Source: Seison nebaliae
Taxonomy: Eukaryota
DNA length: 64,000 nt
Assembly (NCBI GenBank): GCA_023231475.1
Contig: JALJEE010002373.1
Span: 1-64,000 of the forward strand
Direction of reading: 5' to 3'
In this document: one piece after another, positions 63,252-64,000 of the stretch
Layout of the letters: every line of letters starts with the position of its first letter
Numbering within the stretch: the first letter of the stretch is position 1
Program-made: the position numbers and the translations under genes
Notes under the pieces: model-generated
Databases searched by the model: none
Told to the model about the DNA's origin: nothing
The model's input: the letters and a program-made list of their open reading frames with translations, nothing else

Positions 63252-64000
63252 ATGGAAACAATTGAAGGGGAAGGAAATATTATAGATTTTGAACCAGAAA
63301 AACATTCTCCTATTTTTATTGGATATAATTTCAGTTTGGAGGATGATTCGGAATACACAATTCAAGTTCATATTACTAAAAATATTTGATGACTGTTATA
63401 TCATTATCGTAGTCGTTCGATCCTTCAATATCACATCCGGCTTGTATTGGTCATGCGCTATTGCCGATAGCTGAAGAAGGTGTTTCAAATAACCAACCAC
63501 CAACCGATGATAATTGTTATCTTCTACTTATTTTTCTGTTAATTCAATATTCTCATTGGATCAGTGGAGCATCAAAATCATGATAAAATTTTACGAGATA
63601 TTCTAACGGACGGTCTTAGCGAAATACTTTATATTGCTGATAGTCATTTGGCATTTACAGTTAATTGTTGATTTTTTTATTTTTCATTCAATTACGTTCA
63701 GCGAAAACATACCGTCTTCCGTGCTTTAGAATTTTTAAGCGAATACTTATACAAGTTGGACATTTCTTTTTTAAATTATTATATAACATTGAGAATTGAT
63801 ACCAGTAATAATCCATTTAAACAACATGAACGTCCCGAATACGTCAACTTATTAGACATTCCTTTTGTCGTAGAATTTCTGAAAAATAAGTTCGATTATT
63901 TTTAATAGTAAGAATTGATTGTACTTGTTATTGATAGAGCATTACCAGCACTTCCGTTACATTTAACATTGGATGAACATTTGGCAGCGATTATTATTCA
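63252..64000 (+). CDS. IQCK: IQ domain-containing protein K-like, 6 visible exons, truncated by the window end
   Basis: Spliced RKHTVFRALEFLSEYLYN^NNP...LLDIPFVVEFLKN..LPALPLHLTLDEHLAAIII(Q). Five GTT introns. Confidence 0.85.

Noticed and set aside
1..64000. Alternative genetic code or stop-codon readthrough
   Set aside because: Long conserved ORFs translate well with the standard code, and all interrupting stops in genes fall inside predicted introns.
1..64000. tRNA, rRNA or snRNA genes (including a variant U1)
   Set aside because: None recognised by eye. A covariance-model search would be needed to exclude them.

Overview
This is an AT-rich, gene-dense window from a compact animal (eukaryotic) genome. 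It has very short spliceosomal introns (mostly about 40-70 nt) and intergenic gaps as small as about 40 nt. Splicing by eye supports about 21 protein-coding genes. Recognisable ones are tektin-4-like, SART1/Snu66, an SLC1 (EAAT-type) transporter, Daple/Girdin (CCDC88), macroglobulin complement-related (Mcr), WBP11, a C2H2 zinc-finger factor, TOM20, LRRC74-like, ALDH6A1, polycystin-1-like, TMEM222 and IQCK. The rest are orphan, secreted or small membrane proteins, several of which the ORF track misses. Decayed non-LTR retrotransposon and Tc1 fragments are present, and RFX X-boxes lie upstream of cilia-related genes. The most striking feature is the splice signal. Of roughly 70 introns I could frame-check manually, almost all begin GTT (U at +3, no consensus at +4 to +6). 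Only three clearly begin GTA, and each of those follows an exonic AG. This suggests a lineage-specific 5' splice-site recognition system. The organism cannot be identified from the window. A miniaturised spiralian such as a syndermatan is a guess only. All gene models are manual and have no transcript support.
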